Positions 50,241 to 63,350 of a stretch of DNA of 64,000 nucleotides are shown here, in pieces. Position 1 is the first letter of the stretch. The number at the start of each line of letters is the position of its first letter. This DNA comes from Tubiluchus corallicola (lineage: Eukaryota; Animalia; Priapulida). The stretch spans positions 62,001 to 126,000 of the forward strand of contig JAQGDQ010000483.1 in assembly GCA_030141605.1 (NCBI GenBank), written 5' to 3'. Both the position numbers and the translations under genes were made by a program. The notes beneath the pieces were generated by a model. It had not been told where the DNA came from and did not search any database. It saw nothing but the letters and a program-made list of their open reading frames with translations.

Positions 50241-52890
50241 AATGTGCCAAAAACAAGAATTTTTAGCCTGATGTTTTTGCTTCCACGAGTAAGTAATTTC
50301 ATTCGAAAATGGAAAGAAAAGCCTAAAAATAGCTACTCGTCCAATTGTTACGCAATCTTCCAGGAAAAATTCACCAGGTACAGGTCCTATGTTTGCATAC
50401 ATTGTTTACTCCCACACGCACGCGCACTCTCACTCACGTCTTACCACATACAAGTTCACATCTCACGCGCAGGCGCAGACGTAAGAAAATAAAAACCAAG
50501 TATAGCGCTTAAATTTAAAACGAAACTCGAACGGCTGAACTGCTGTGAATTCTGAATTTAGGCCAAGCGAAAGTGGCTCCCCCACTGAAAACAAGTTTGC
50601 AGATCAGTATCAGTTTTAATACGAATTATTAATCTGACTGGAATAGAAGTAGCTTATTTCCCAGGTACCAGACCCGCAGGGGGTTCTCTCTGCTCAGAGG
50701 TCAAGACATGGAAGATTCTATTGCCAGGTCAGATTGCTGTGATTTAAACTTGTACCGCTTGATAATCTTGAAGGATTAAAAGCCGATAATCTCTAGGGAT
50801 TAGCACCTGTCTGAGTTTACATTGTTACACATAGTGTAGCAATGCCTGTACTCTGAAATAACAAACATTAAAGAATAATTTTAGTGAGAAGGTAAATAAA
50901 AAATAGAAAATAAAAATGCCAATGACAATCGAAAGAAAGAATTTCTCGTTTTCTGCTTCTTAAACAAACTTTCTTGCTGTCGCGGTTTGCCTTTCTCATT
51001 TTGTCACTGACACGGTCGTTTTGACTCTTTCGGGTATTAACTGCGTCCCTTAGTTTAAAGAGAATCTACCACAGGAAATGAGCTATGAAGTTAGCGTCGT
51101 TTCCTCGCTTGGTTCCGCTAGCAAGACATTTAAATAAAAGCGGATTAGAGCTTGTTATTAATGTGGCGTCTATCGGATCATTATAAGCTCTTATTTTTGC
51201 TGGGTTATAAGGCCAAATTTAGGGATATGCAGAGAAATCCTCTGGCACTAATTATTATTAACTGAAAATATTTAGCCTCTCTTAGTTCTTCGTGTGGAAG
51301 AATTAAAGAAATTCTTTATGCTTTAATAATCAGGGTACCCTGTGTTCTAATTGCACAGTGTACCTAATGAGCTGATTAGCCGAGTTAACTTAATTATTCG
51401 CTCTGTTTAGCATTTCCCGCCCTTTTTGCTTTGAATCAGGGCAATCAGTAACGATGTTTTTTTTTCATTTTAAAAACTACAAGTAGCTATGTTTTCTTAG
51501 AACTAATGTTTGGTAACAGAATAGTAGAAATAAATTGAGGGCTATATAGCGTATCTTTAACGTAAGCTTATTGTGCCTGAACAGAAAATAAGCGATCCTG
51601 TTTAATTTTATGATGAAGAGAAAAATTTAAATAAATTGTGAGCAATACGGCATATCTTTGGTCATCTTCTCCTGTGCATTAACTATATTTTGTCAAAAGT
51701 CTATTGTGTGATAAGAAAGGAAACGCACAATTCTGTCAATTTCGTTAGTAAAAATGCTCTTTTTCTTCTCCCATACAATGTGATGTACAATAATAACAGG
51801 GATCATTTGCCAAATTAAATTCAATTGCACGTGTGCAATCGTCGCTGAATTAGCTCGGTGCGTCTTTGTTCGTGAAAAATCGCTATCCCGTTAGTAATCC
51901 TGGATCGGGAAGCGGTCATGCGGGTATCAGCCAGGGCTGATCTTAGAAAATGCAAAACGAGAATTTAGATCGCAGTGGTTATCTGATCCGAGTTTGAAGA
52001 GGGCGCAGTGTTTCGAAGATGGTTACCCTTCGTGGTTCCGCCCCCAGCATCGCAGGATATACATTGTTAAAAGAACTCTTCAATGAGATGTATATTGTAT
52101 GAAAGATAATGGTTTTACTAGCATAAGTGGATAATGCGACCTCAGTATTTGATAAATTAAGTAAAACGAAGTGAAAGTGATCAGTGCTTGGCTTACTTTG
52201 GTGGAGATTTGTCGTTTTCGTTGTCGTTGTCCAAAGTGTCAGTGGCGAGAACAGTGCAATGTTTTCATGGTGTGAGTTTTGTTCTTACTCATATGTGTGT
52301 GAAAGTGTGTAAAGCTAGATACAGACAAGATTTAGAGTTGAGGTACCCTTACTGACATGTCCCAGTATGGTTTCTGGACATGTTCTTGTGTTAATGCAAG
52401 TTTCAGTTGTTGCATTGATGAGGTTAACCAGATATCAAAGCGAATGCCGTCAAATGTTATCTAAAATTTGAAACCTTAAAACTTTTACTAGGTTTGGTTC
52501 ACTAGCTAATTAATCTTTTAGATTACCTTGCACCATGGGCGAATACCAATAAAATTCGCAATCTCAAAAACAATATCTTGGTTGGAGCAACAGACATTGA
52601 GGCTTTAGGAAAAGTCTGTGGCTTGTCAAACCCTAACATCTAACCTCTAAGAGCAATGCATATACTGACGTATGCAGATTTACCGCAAAGGAGGTTTAGG
52701 AATGCAACTCTAAATTGCAGGGAAGGTGGTTCCTGGGTCATAGAGGCTGACAGGAGTGCTTGAGTTGCCAGATGATTGTACAATGTGTATAATGCTATCC
52801 ACACATGCGCAGAGAAAATTGGTAGCGTGCATCGAACAATACTTCTAGTATCGAATGTAGTTTCTGTATTGTGTAACAAGGCGCCCATTG

Positions 52891-52977
52891 TTCTCTCTCT
52901 CCCTCTCCCTCTCCCCTCTCTCCCTCTCTCTCTCTCCTCCCTCTTCTCTCTCTCTCCTTCCCCCCTCTCTCTCTCCT
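52891..52977. repeat. Polypyrimidine (CT/CCT)n tract
   Basis: Directly visible. Confidence 0.95.
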
Positions 52978-55900
52978 TAGCTTCTAAAATTTAGCGTCCT
53001 CTACTGTGTAGTATCATACATTCAACCTCTCTATTTTTCTCGTACTCACATCCTAAGGGCAGCATTCTTACTTATGGATTTTCCTAGTGTGCGTTTTTTC
53101 CTCGCAGCTTCTTTATTAAGAGTCATTGCTCTCCATCTGCACACTAATGAGTGTCGCTTATATAGAATATGTTTATTCGTCTATGGTAGAATTCATTGGT
53201 GACGTTTCGTCTGGCTTCATGTGCATGCTGTACATTGCAGGGCGCTGTAATTAATCACTCTTACTGGGCTTCAGTGAGTACCCAATATTGAATATAGGCC
53301 TATATAGAGTTGTCTGGCGAGTGGGGGCGGTGGAATGTATTTCAAAATGGCTTCCTACATTTGCTTGTCCTGCATTCATTTTTATGCAGCCATTGTTACG
53401 GTATATAGCATGCGTAAGCCTTTACATTTACATAAGTTATTTTGTAATGTCTTATAGGTTATAGCTTCCCGTTTTTATGTTTTTGTGAAATGTTCCTGCT
53501 GCTAGCGTTTAATGGAAAGCTTTCTAAGATCATTTCTCGCCCATTCGTCTGAATCCTCTTCTTTTACAAACCCACCAGGCACCCGCCTGTTTCACGCGTT
53601 ATTGATTTAGGGTCGTGTCACATCGATTTATTGATAATGTACGCTTGAAGGTGTTACTGCACAGGGTATTAAATCAATAATCTTTGTTTATGCAGATAAG
53701 TAAGACTGGCTGAAACCATTTATGTAGGATGAGAATGCTGCATATTATATAAGTGGAATCAACCATTTCGTCGTTTTTCACAAGAACTGCTTTTATTTGA
53801 ACATCATTAGGGGTGAATCATTGCTTATGCATTAAGCTAGTAAATAGATTAGAAAAAATTCAGTTATATGGATTTTGAATATCACCTCTTATTTTTCAGA
53901 ACATCCTATCTGAGAAAAGCAGCTTTCTCTCCCGATTTCACTTATTTGCAAGTTTATAATTTAAAGAGTGCTAACACGCTATCAACTCTTGCCGTCAAAC
54001 TACTGGCGTGTAGTGAAAGAAGTCATACGCGCCACGCGCAAACGCGGTTGATAAACATACCAAACTTTTTTTTAAATTTGGTAGAACTATAAAGATTAGC
54101 AATTGTGGCAGGCTGAACGCGTTTGAGGAAAGGCGTGGAGTGACAAATCACCAACTGAAATCGTTCTGGAAGGAAAATGTTGTCGACAATTTTTCTGTGA
54201 TGAGCACTTATGTTTATTTGAGCGAGCTAATTATTAGTTAGATGTAAAAATGTAATAAACCATCAAATACTCTAGTCCTGGCTCTGATAAAGTAGTTTTT
54301 CTTCTCACAATATCAGTGCGCAGTTGGACTGAAATTCTTTCCCGCCTTTGGAGTAGTTAGTCCCTCGTAACAATGGCATCTCCTGTAGTTAATTGGCTGA
54401 TTGACTCCTCCTACACCTGTCCGAGTACCTATTTACTCATTAAACGTCTTTGTTCCAGGTGTTTTTGTTTTCATCCTCAACTTCCTGGTCACCATTGAAA
54501 CCCTCTGATGCGGAAACCATTGCAGTTATGTGACTTATAATTAGCTCTTACTCACTGTTTATCTAGTTCACACTTGAAAATATTCTGAATTTATTGACAG
54601 CGATAGCTGGGACCGTGAATTTCTGTAACAAAAAGAATTAGGCTGTGCGCTTTCTTTATTGTAATGGTGGATGTGATGGTGGATCGAATACTGTCGTAGG
54701 CACTTTTTCTCTTTTTTACCGTAATAGCTTTGAGTAATCCTTGCAGAACGGACTGTGTAGGTGTTACTGTTATTACTGTTGTATTTTGTGGGATCTAAAT
54801 GGGCAAGTTCGGTAAAGGGGCGCTTTAGGGAAACTTGCTCAGTAGATTAGGTAGGTATGGCCGCCCAATCCCTGCACACTTGGAATTTAACGACTGGTCC
54901 GTTTGACTTTGACGAGTTTATTTTCGTAAGTAAAAATAAAAATCTTTTTAGCAGAAGTAAACGTGGCCTACCCTTATTTAACCTACCTATTGTTTGACAC
55001 CTCCTCATTGATAGTAATGGTTTAGGTGTTAAATCCTATTTAAAGTCACATTGCTGTCTAAAGAAGAGCTTAGTCTTGTAATCATGAGTCATGAGCTAAT
55101 GTGCTAGAGAAACAGATACTGCTAATTAACAAAAAAGAACCTCTTGTGGGCAACGCGTGGGGTCTCCCTCTTTTGTTTATTGCAGCAGTTCCATTTACGA
55201 GTTAGTTTATCCCCCTTAATGTCCGTCAGAGAGACAATAGAAAGTGACACTCTGATGACAGTTCATACTGCCCAAACCTCCTCCCGTTGCTATGGTGATG
55301 GAATCCTGGCGTAATTACCCATATCCAGAGTGTAACGTGAATGAAATGGCCTGACTAAAGAAGTGAGAAGTCAAGCTAGGTGAGGTCACTGTGGTCAGCT
55401 AATGTCCAGTGGGAGGTGATAATGCAGCTGCTCTGCCACTTATCCTTTCATGTAACATTGTTAATTGTGAAGTGAGATTCCAAGAGAAGGACGTACTAAT
55501 GTAAGTACAGTTGTTGTTGTTTTCGAATTGATTCACGTGATAACTTATCGGATGTGACGGTAAGAGAAGTTCCAGGGTTGCCTTACGAGAAATCATTTTG
55601 TGTCACCTGATTGCAGTTGATCAAGAGTTGTGTGTGACTCGTGTTTTCGGGCTATAGAGCTTTCTGGGCTAGGAGTATTTCTACTTAAGATCTATACAAC
55701 TACCAAAAATACAACGTAAGTAAAATCAAGGTAGTTTGCATCATTCAAAACACTCCGAGGTCACATTAGAGTGAAATATTCGTTTCTAAAACATTTTTGC
55801 TCTTTATACGTGTTAGAGAACTTGAAAACCATTACTAAGCAGCTAGAGTTTTTTCTCTATTTAATAGTACATCATAAACTCTGTATTGTGGTACAAACAA

Positions 55901-56048
55901 GGTATTATGGGAGTTCATATAAAAGTTTATAAATCTGTAGCTTTGTTAGTAGTGCATGTAGTATTCACTTATTCTGTAGTTTTTAGTATAAATTTTTAAC
56001 TTTTTTATGACATCTTCTATGTGCAGAAACAATCTTTACAGCAAAACC

Positions 56049-56630
56049 GGACCCAATCCTGAACTATAGGTCAAAGCAATCTACTCTTTAAAATATTGAA
56101 AGACAACACACTATTTTTTAAAAATGGCTTACGTGAAAGAATTATTACCGCACAAACACAATTTCGTGTTAGCGCCACTAGTTCTTCGCTGTTACATGCA
56201 TTTCGCTATTCGCTAGTAGACGGGCACTAGCGCCTGCATTTCGGAAACTCGTTATGCAAAAACAGATACTGTACCTCTCAGTTCAGATGTATTAGTTTCT
56301 GACGAACTACACACGTTCAACAGCTCATGCGCGAGCACAGCAGTAAATTTAAAATTTGAATTTTTATCTTAAAAGATACACGGTTTTAGTATAGCACACT
56401 GAACATCTTACAGCAACACTGTACTGCAATTTTCGCAAGCACGTGCAACACGTTCGTAGATTATTTTTGCTGTTGAAAATTGTTAGTTTGTGATGTTATC
56501 AATAGTTAGGCCCCACCTAATCTATTATTTGATTATCAGAAACCCTTTTGCATTATTAATCGTGCTAAAATATATACTTTTTATCGGACTTGAAAATGTG
56601 GTAGTATATGAAAAATCATCCTGTCTTCCT
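56049..56630. mobile_element. Dispersed repeat copy B (Kolobok-like end followed by TTAA)
   Basis: Colinear with 16896-17422, carries about 80 extra bp at about 56089-56170, and ends CCTGTCTTCCT|TTAA. Confidence 0.8.
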
Positions 56631-58249
56631 TTAAATAAAAATGGGAGCAAGACAGGTGAAAAAAGTTGAATTTAAAAAACTATGACTGCACATTTTAACT
56701 CGGGCTGTCACCGATTGTTTATCTAGTCGAGGGAAGGCGTGCAAGTATGTGAATGTGGCCAAGGAAAGTCTGTCGATCCAGTGCCTCATCTTACGACATC
56801 ATCGTATATAATTAACTATCGAGTTCTGGTCATCGTGTATACATGTATACCAAAAAACATATTAATTTTTATGTAAATCAGTGCCTGGAAGAAACCTGTA
56901 GCACAAAGCTTATATGCAGTAATTTTATATCTATGTTTATTTCACATGTAAGTGTTTTGCCGATGTACATTTTATGTATTTGTGCAAATGCATTGAATTG
57001 ATCCAGAATAGTGACCTGTCGTTCGTCAAAAGGTTGGTTCCGGTATACAGAATGCCATAAGAATGAGTGAATGGCTCAATAGTATAAAAAGGAAATCTTT
57101 GCAAAAAATACCCCTATGTAATTCTTTTTAGGGAGACATTTAATTGTCTATAATTGTTACCGTTTCCTCATCTATGTGAACAGAATGTCATTGACTTCGG
57201 TGTAACTTTGCCTTTAGCTTTTGCAGCATTTATTAATGATATGCACAATGTTTACATAAACGTTCTACCACCGATTGTCAGCAGTCATGCACTATGCATA
57301 TATTGGATGTTGAGCTTTTAATGAACTCACCTGTGCTGTTACCTGAGAGACGGGTTATACAGGTAGTCAACGTGCACGTTCGGTGTGCACGGTAGCTCTG
57401 GACAGCAGAGTGAGTGTGGATTTCACGGAGAACTGATGAATTCACAATTCTGTGAATAATCTACTAAGTAAAAGAATTCTATGTGTATTTTATAATTTTC
57501 ATAAAGCTCGTTCACTTGTTTGTAAGTACAGCTTTTCTACATACAGTGTCACTATGTAAATCATAAGTTAAATTGAATTTGTAGCTAACATTCTTTAAGG
57601 ACTGTTATAACCAGTTAGATACAACCGGTAAAGTTGCGTGTGTGGAATTGTAAGCCTATAGAAAAAAGTCCTGCCTTGAACTGTAGTTTATGTACTGTAT
57701 AATAATTTAGATTTTTTCTTTGAAAAACTGATAATAATTTAGTCTCTTGTAGTAACCTTAGTTGAACGTCGATTGATACATGTACAGCCATGTTACTCTT
57801 TTCGAAATTTACGAATTTTGTTAGACTGCGTAGTACAATTATTGTTAGCTTGTGTGAAGTTATCATATCTCATTGTTAGGACTAGTATTACCATATTTCA
57901 GTAATAAAGTGTTGCTTTGCATACACATGTGCTGTTACATATGCTTAATGGGTTTAATTGATTCACTCTTCAAATTTACCTACCTTTTAGTTGCTGCTAA
58001 CATGGTCAGCATCAGTCTGATGTTTTGATAACTGGATAGCAAGTGAGAAAAAGTAATAACGCGGTTGGAGCATTCGGGTGAATTATTGATTTTTTCCCGG
58101 CTGCAGACTTGGAGTTCAAGTTAGATTAAAGTGCTGTTATATCTTTATTTGTTTCTGAAGAAGAACGTGGTCTTGATCTAGTATAAGCCCTGAACTTCTA
58201 CTTCTTCGTATCCACTCAATGCCTAACCAATTGCATGTTCCAACGTTTA

Positions 58250-58600
58250 GTAGCAGTGGTGGGCAGACAAGGTTGTTGTGGTCACTGGTCAATCCTTCGA
58301 TATTATTTACTTTATACTACTAAATTTACCAGTGATGGTCAGTCAATGTTTATGTGGTCAGTTTTATGATATTATTTACTTCGTAGAATGTGATTTTTAC
58401 GTATTTAATACTAAATTTAGTACCAGTAGTGATCAGTTAAGCTTTATGTGGGTAGTACTGTGATATTATTTGCTTTGTACTCAGTGCGTTGCACTGATTT
58501 GCTACTAAAATTGGTACAAGTGATGGTCATTCAAGGTTCATGTGGTCAGTACTGTAATATTATTTGCTTTATACTCATGGTACAGATTTACTGCTACATT
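58250..58600. repeat. Degenerate tandem repeat of about 94 bp, about 4 units
   Basis: RATATTATTTRCTT recurs at about 58299, 58368, 58462 and 58556, with shared GTGATGGTCA...ATGTGGTCAGT. Confidence 0.8.
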
Positions 58601-59009
58601 CAGTGAAAAGAAATAATTAGCTATGTCCGAGACTCGACGGTCATTTCACGCCAAGAGGAAACCTAAATGACTGGTTTATATGACTGGACAATGGTTTACT
58701 GGTCAATTGACTGACAGTCAGTTGTAATTTTTCTAACTACAGGCTGTCTAGGAATGGTCAGATTTACAACCTTAACCCTATCATTAGTGCTAGAATTGAG
58801 TATTCGGTATAGAACGGTGTTAGAACGATGATGATCCAGTGACCACTGTCCCGTTCTTGCTGACCTATTTTGCTTCCAATTTTATGGTTCTTTTTAGTTT
58901 GACTGAGTTACCGAGTCCACACGTATCTGGGTTTATTGTTAAAAGTGGGGCTGGTAAAGAGTTAACATTGTTACCTATTCGACTTCACTCGAGTGTTCAC
59001 AGAATTCAA

Positions 59010-59700
59010 GTTTTTCTTCTTTGATTTTGTACTGCACCTATTCTCTGCTTAATAATAATAATCTTTATTTAAAGTGGGCCTTTGGAATAACAACCTGAAA
59101 GAGCTTTTTTGCCGACTGTAAATAACAAATCTACACCTACATATCATTACTCCGCTTTTACCCTAAATACCACGCGCCAGGCAGGGCAACAGCAGGTACC
59201 ATTTTTTAAAGTTTGCGGGATGACCCCGCCGCAGTATTGAGATTCTTTAGTGCTATTGCGTTTGCCCATCTGTACATGGGCATGCGACCGAACACGTCAC
59301 GTCAACAGCGTAAATAAGTTCTCAGAATTGCGGTCACTCTTGAAAGACGTCTCTGTACTATTTTTGGACAATAAGACAATTTTGACAACAACCGTAATAA
59401 CGTGATTCTGTGTAATTTCTTTCACTGTTGCAGTAAAGTGATTCATTGAAAACACTGATTTTGTTTGCAATAGGCTGATATCTTAGACAAGTCTAATACG
59501 TGCTGCACACTGGGGCACTTTTGTAAGTTTCCGCATTTGCACTTGTGTAGCAAAGTGATTCGTTTGAGTGTTAGCAGCAAAAAAGTGATCATTAAAAAGT
59601 TTTCTATTGTTTTTAGATTCATCGGAGAAATCATGCAACGAGAGAAGAGGGAGTGCGCCGGTGCGGTCACAGCTGGACGTAGATCTGATGGACGCTACCA
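59010..59700 (-). pseudogene. Possible decayed P2RX7-C-terminal-like (KolX-type) Cys-rich gene, split by a SINE
   Basis: HKCKCGNLQKCPS at 59547-59510, ITQNH, HVQMGKRN at about 59278-59255, and AV/KIKEE at about 59035-59015, in the order expected for this domain. Confidence 0.35.
59050..59245 (-). mobile_element. MetaSINE-like element
   Basis: Minus strand GGGGTCATCCCGCAAACTTTAAAAAATGGTACCTGCTGTTGCCCTGCCTGGCGCG matches the Meta central domain as I recall it; ends AATAAAG(ATT)n. Confidence 0.7.
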
Positions 59701-60827
59701 TCCCTAATAAAATTACAGTAAGCGCACGGCAGTTTATTTTAACAAAGGCCACGAAATGTTAGCCAGCTAGCTACGAGCATGAAATAATCTTTAGTAAAGT
59801 AAAACTGAAAATGCAGCTTCTTTTTTGTGGACTCGCTAGTTGGCAGTATGTAGAAGAAAGCTGATAGGTGTTTGTGGTGTCTTAGGAAAAGTGCCATTGT
59901 TTCTTAATTGCTTGTGGTGTACAGTAGTCGGTACTAATGTTTCTTAACTGTTTGTAGTGTGGACTAATACAACAATGTAGCACTGTTTTTTTTAATAATA
60001 CAAAACAATATACTACACGACTGTTAACCGTCAAAAATGTGGCTTTGTACATGAATTTTACTTCAGTATTTAAGGTTTTTTCAGCGCAACAATAACACTT
60101 AATAGGTCTTGTAAAATTTAACCCTGAAATTTCATAGACCCAAATTCATTACATTGTGCACGGAATACACATGACTGATTATAATGATTAGGCCTATAAT
60201 TACACACGTGTTAAGTAAGGGAGTACCATGATAACTTTAAATTTCAACAAGTACCTAGTTACCTACTTCCTCAATAAATGTGGTAATTTAAACTTTTCAA
60301 TTAGACATTTGCTTTCCTTTTTGTTCAAAATACAATAGAAAGCATAACATTGAACACGGAATTTACTTTAGTGCAAAATTTTATAATAATAATCTTCCCT
60401 CAGAATTTTGCTGATTATAGTATTACACTTAAGATTATACCAGAAGTCCAAGAACCAGGTAGAAAAGTAGGTGTAGGTAACTAATCAGAGGTGACTGACA
60501 TTGGTTATGGTTTATCACCGTAAACCACAGTTTGTGATTTTGTTACAAATTGGTGTATATTAATTTTCATGATTTTGCTGTTTTCGTTAGCCGTTCTATT
60601 GATTCCCGCCGTAATTGCCTGCTGACACGCTAGTTTATTAATTTCTTGTGGTTGCTACGACCGAGCAGTTTATTAGTTGTTGCTGAGTTGAAGATTTCAT
60701 GATTTTTGTTTATTTAAGCAGTGCATTGATATTTGCTTAAGAGTGTTTGCATTTTTAATAAGGAAATCAAACCACAGATCGAGGGAAAATACATCCTGTC
60801 ACAATAATCCCGGGCAGGAAGCACACC

Positions 60828-60890
60828 TTGTCCCAAGAATCATCCTGGGAGCTGTTTCACGTTGTCCCAAGATCATTCTGCGAGCTGTTT
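60828..60890. repeat. Tandem duplication of about 33 bp
   Basis: TTGTCCCAAGAATCATCCTGGGAGCTGTTTC and TTGTCCCAAGATCATTCTGCGAGCTGTTTC. Confidence 0.9.
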
Positions 60891-61100
60891 CTCTATGTAA
60901 TGCTGATACATAATTCTAACCGTGTCAGATTGGAAAAAAGCTAATGTTTTATTTGTTGTTAACGCGTTCAGACCTTTTTCTTTCCCCAGACCTGTCTTTT
61001 TGGAACTCTTACGTTTTAAAGATGATTTCTGCTTTAATTTTACCAAAGTATAGGAGAAACTAACAGGTGTTTTCCGACACAGCAGGTTTTCACTAGCGGT

Positions 61101-62330
61101 GATTTATTATTATTATTATTATTATTTATTAAATATATCCACAGCGATATTTACAGCACAGTACTTAAAAGAATTTACTAACATATTTATTATTATGTAC
61201 AAAAGATGCCAAGCTGCAAATGACTCGTGGGGGTAAGCACCCCAAATGAACGTGGATTGAGTGTAGTAGAAAAGGGCAGTAAAGGAGTAGAAAAGAAAAG
61301 TTAATAGAGAATAGAAAGAGAAAGATGTGATAGTATCTGTATGAAGTAACGCGAACTGTAGAAATCGACATAGACAGCAACGTGATGGATTCCGTTAGGG
61401 ACAGCAGCGTAATTAGTAAAATTTATTTACTCTATATAATTTTGAAGTTATTTATAGATAAAGAATTTTTTATGTATTCGTTAATGTTATTCCAAAGTCT
61501 AGGGCCAGTGTTAGTGATAAAGTGCTTTGGCGCTTTGCTATGCATACACCGGATTATCCTATAGGGTAATATAGGTTGCAGCCTAGGGCCCGCATGCCTT
61601 CGTAACATTTGGTAAAAAATCTGTTTCTTTTTTCATTAAGGTTCTGTTGAAATATGTGCTAATTTAGTTTGCAATAAATAGTAAAATACTGGCAGTAGGC
61701 TGCAGCCTAGGGACCCTCAAGCCTTCGTGACATTTGGTAAAAAATCTGTTTTTTTCTTTAAGATTGTGTTGAAATATGTGCTAATTTAGTTTGCAATAGA
61801 TAGTAAAATACTGGCATTTCTTAAAGAATATTTTTATTGACAAACAAGAGACAGCTATTCTAGTTTGTTTAAAGAATTTGTACTAAATTTATTTCAAGCT
61901 ATATAAATATCATGAGTAAACAATGTTCAAGACGGCTGGCTGTGGGTGAATTAGAGGGTGGCTTCGTCTGACGGGGTGTCATAATTTCATTAGCCTAGGC
62001 GCCCCAAAAGATCATAATTTGGTCCTACACTCTACGATGACCTTAAACAACTTGGCCTCCATTATTGATACTCAATTACGTTGATACTCTACGATGACTT
62101 ATTCCATATTTTTGCTGAGATCTTATTAGCATAACATTTGTACAAACTGATTTCTTAAGTACATTATAATGAAATTTAGTAACTCATTTTGCTTTTAATT
62201 ATCGTTTGGATAGAAAGTTCTATCTGTAAAATGGCAAAATGCGAAACTCCCTATATTACACATTCTTATTTAACTTTCTTCCTAAGTTGAATGAGATAGT
62301 TGTTGAACTTTTGTCAAACACGTGTAGATA
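61101..62330 (-). mobile_element. L2/Crack-like LINE 3' portion, interrupted by a MITE
   Basis: KHFITNTGPRLWNNINEYIKNSLSINNFK at about 61530-61440, then a UTR and an AATAAA(TAA)n tail at 61101-61130. Upstream ORF2 patches (NELLNF, LYKCYAN) lie at 62120-62330. Confidence 0.8.
61546..62026. mobile_element. hAT-like MITE with internal duplication of about 123 bp
   Basis: Imperfect TIRs ACCGGATTA / TAATTTGGTCCT with subterminal AGCCTAGG motifs; 61572-61694 is repeated at 61695-61816. Confidence 0.65.
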
Positions 62331-63089
62331 CGACTAGGTGTGTACTCAGTAAGATCTCGTGAACACTTCCCTGCAGATATTGACAATTTACAATATCTAC
62401 CACTAAACTTAATCACCTTTCAATGATTACATTATAAAGGTGTTGCCAGGTAATGGCATCGGGAATGATAACATAGTCGTGGTAATGACATAACGGAACG
62501 ACAATGGTTGATAGTCATTCTGGTGATGGCAAAGTGGAATGACAATATTGTCGGTAGTGAGTCGCTTTATTGGTGGGCCATAAAACAAGGGCACCAAATA
62601 CCTTCCCAATTAATAAAGCCCACGTTCATGTCTGAATGCTATTCATCTAAGCTTAGGACAAAGTCGTTCCGACGTCTTTGCATTTGACCGGTCTGTTTAC
62701 CTAGTTTCGCAATGAGTGATTAAGCGTGTGCGACTGTGCGTGTATGCGTGCTTAGACTATGTGGCCAAGTTAATCGTTTTTCCAATTGTCTTTGGCCGTG
62801 ATATGCTTGTGAGAAAGAATTTATTCTGCACTTGCACTTAAATTTGTAAATCATTTGCTTTTACTGATATATTGGACTTAAATTTGTAAATTTATTACTT
62901 TTACTGGTGCTGGTTTAATTGGTTTAATATGGTCTTGCTGGTACTCGTGAATTGGTTTAATATAAATCCAAAATTCTACTTTCGCAAGTTTACCTTTATA
63001 GAAGTCAGATTCTTCGATTTTGGTGATGGTCCATGCAACAGAACTCTACTGACGTTGAACAGGTCCACAGAGCTGCTTTTTTGCGGAAG

Positions 63090-63350
63090 TGTTAATAGGA
63101 TTGTCTTTTTTGATGCAAACATCGTTATAACCTGACTTCTCGACCATCGTTGCGACCCGACAGAGCCCCTGTTTCTCGTTCATTCATTAAGTGAAATGTT
63201 AACTATTGCTACCAGATATTTTAGAAAGATTGTTCCTAAGGCGCATTTTCGGGAACATTTTCAGGTAGCTAAATGCTTTTAAGAACAAAAGTGACAAACT
63301 AGCAGAAAAATGGTGACTCACATGAACTACTAACCTGCAGCTATTATCCA
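63090..63350 (-). mobile_element. hAT transposase C-terminal dimerisation-domain remnant
   Basis: SAS...AFSYLKM..KMRLRNNLS / LVAIVNISLNE / VITMFASKK (cf. SASxERxFSxLKxxKTRLRNxLS...L..L..ISIN...I..FA.KK). Confidence 0.6.

Noticed and set aside
52330-52800. Possible LINE PHD/endonuclease remnant (NATLNCR)
   Set aside because: Too few motif residues to support a call.
57421-57457. miR-184-like ACGGAGAACTGAT within an imperfect palindrome
   Set aside because: The seed is absent and the hairpin is too short.
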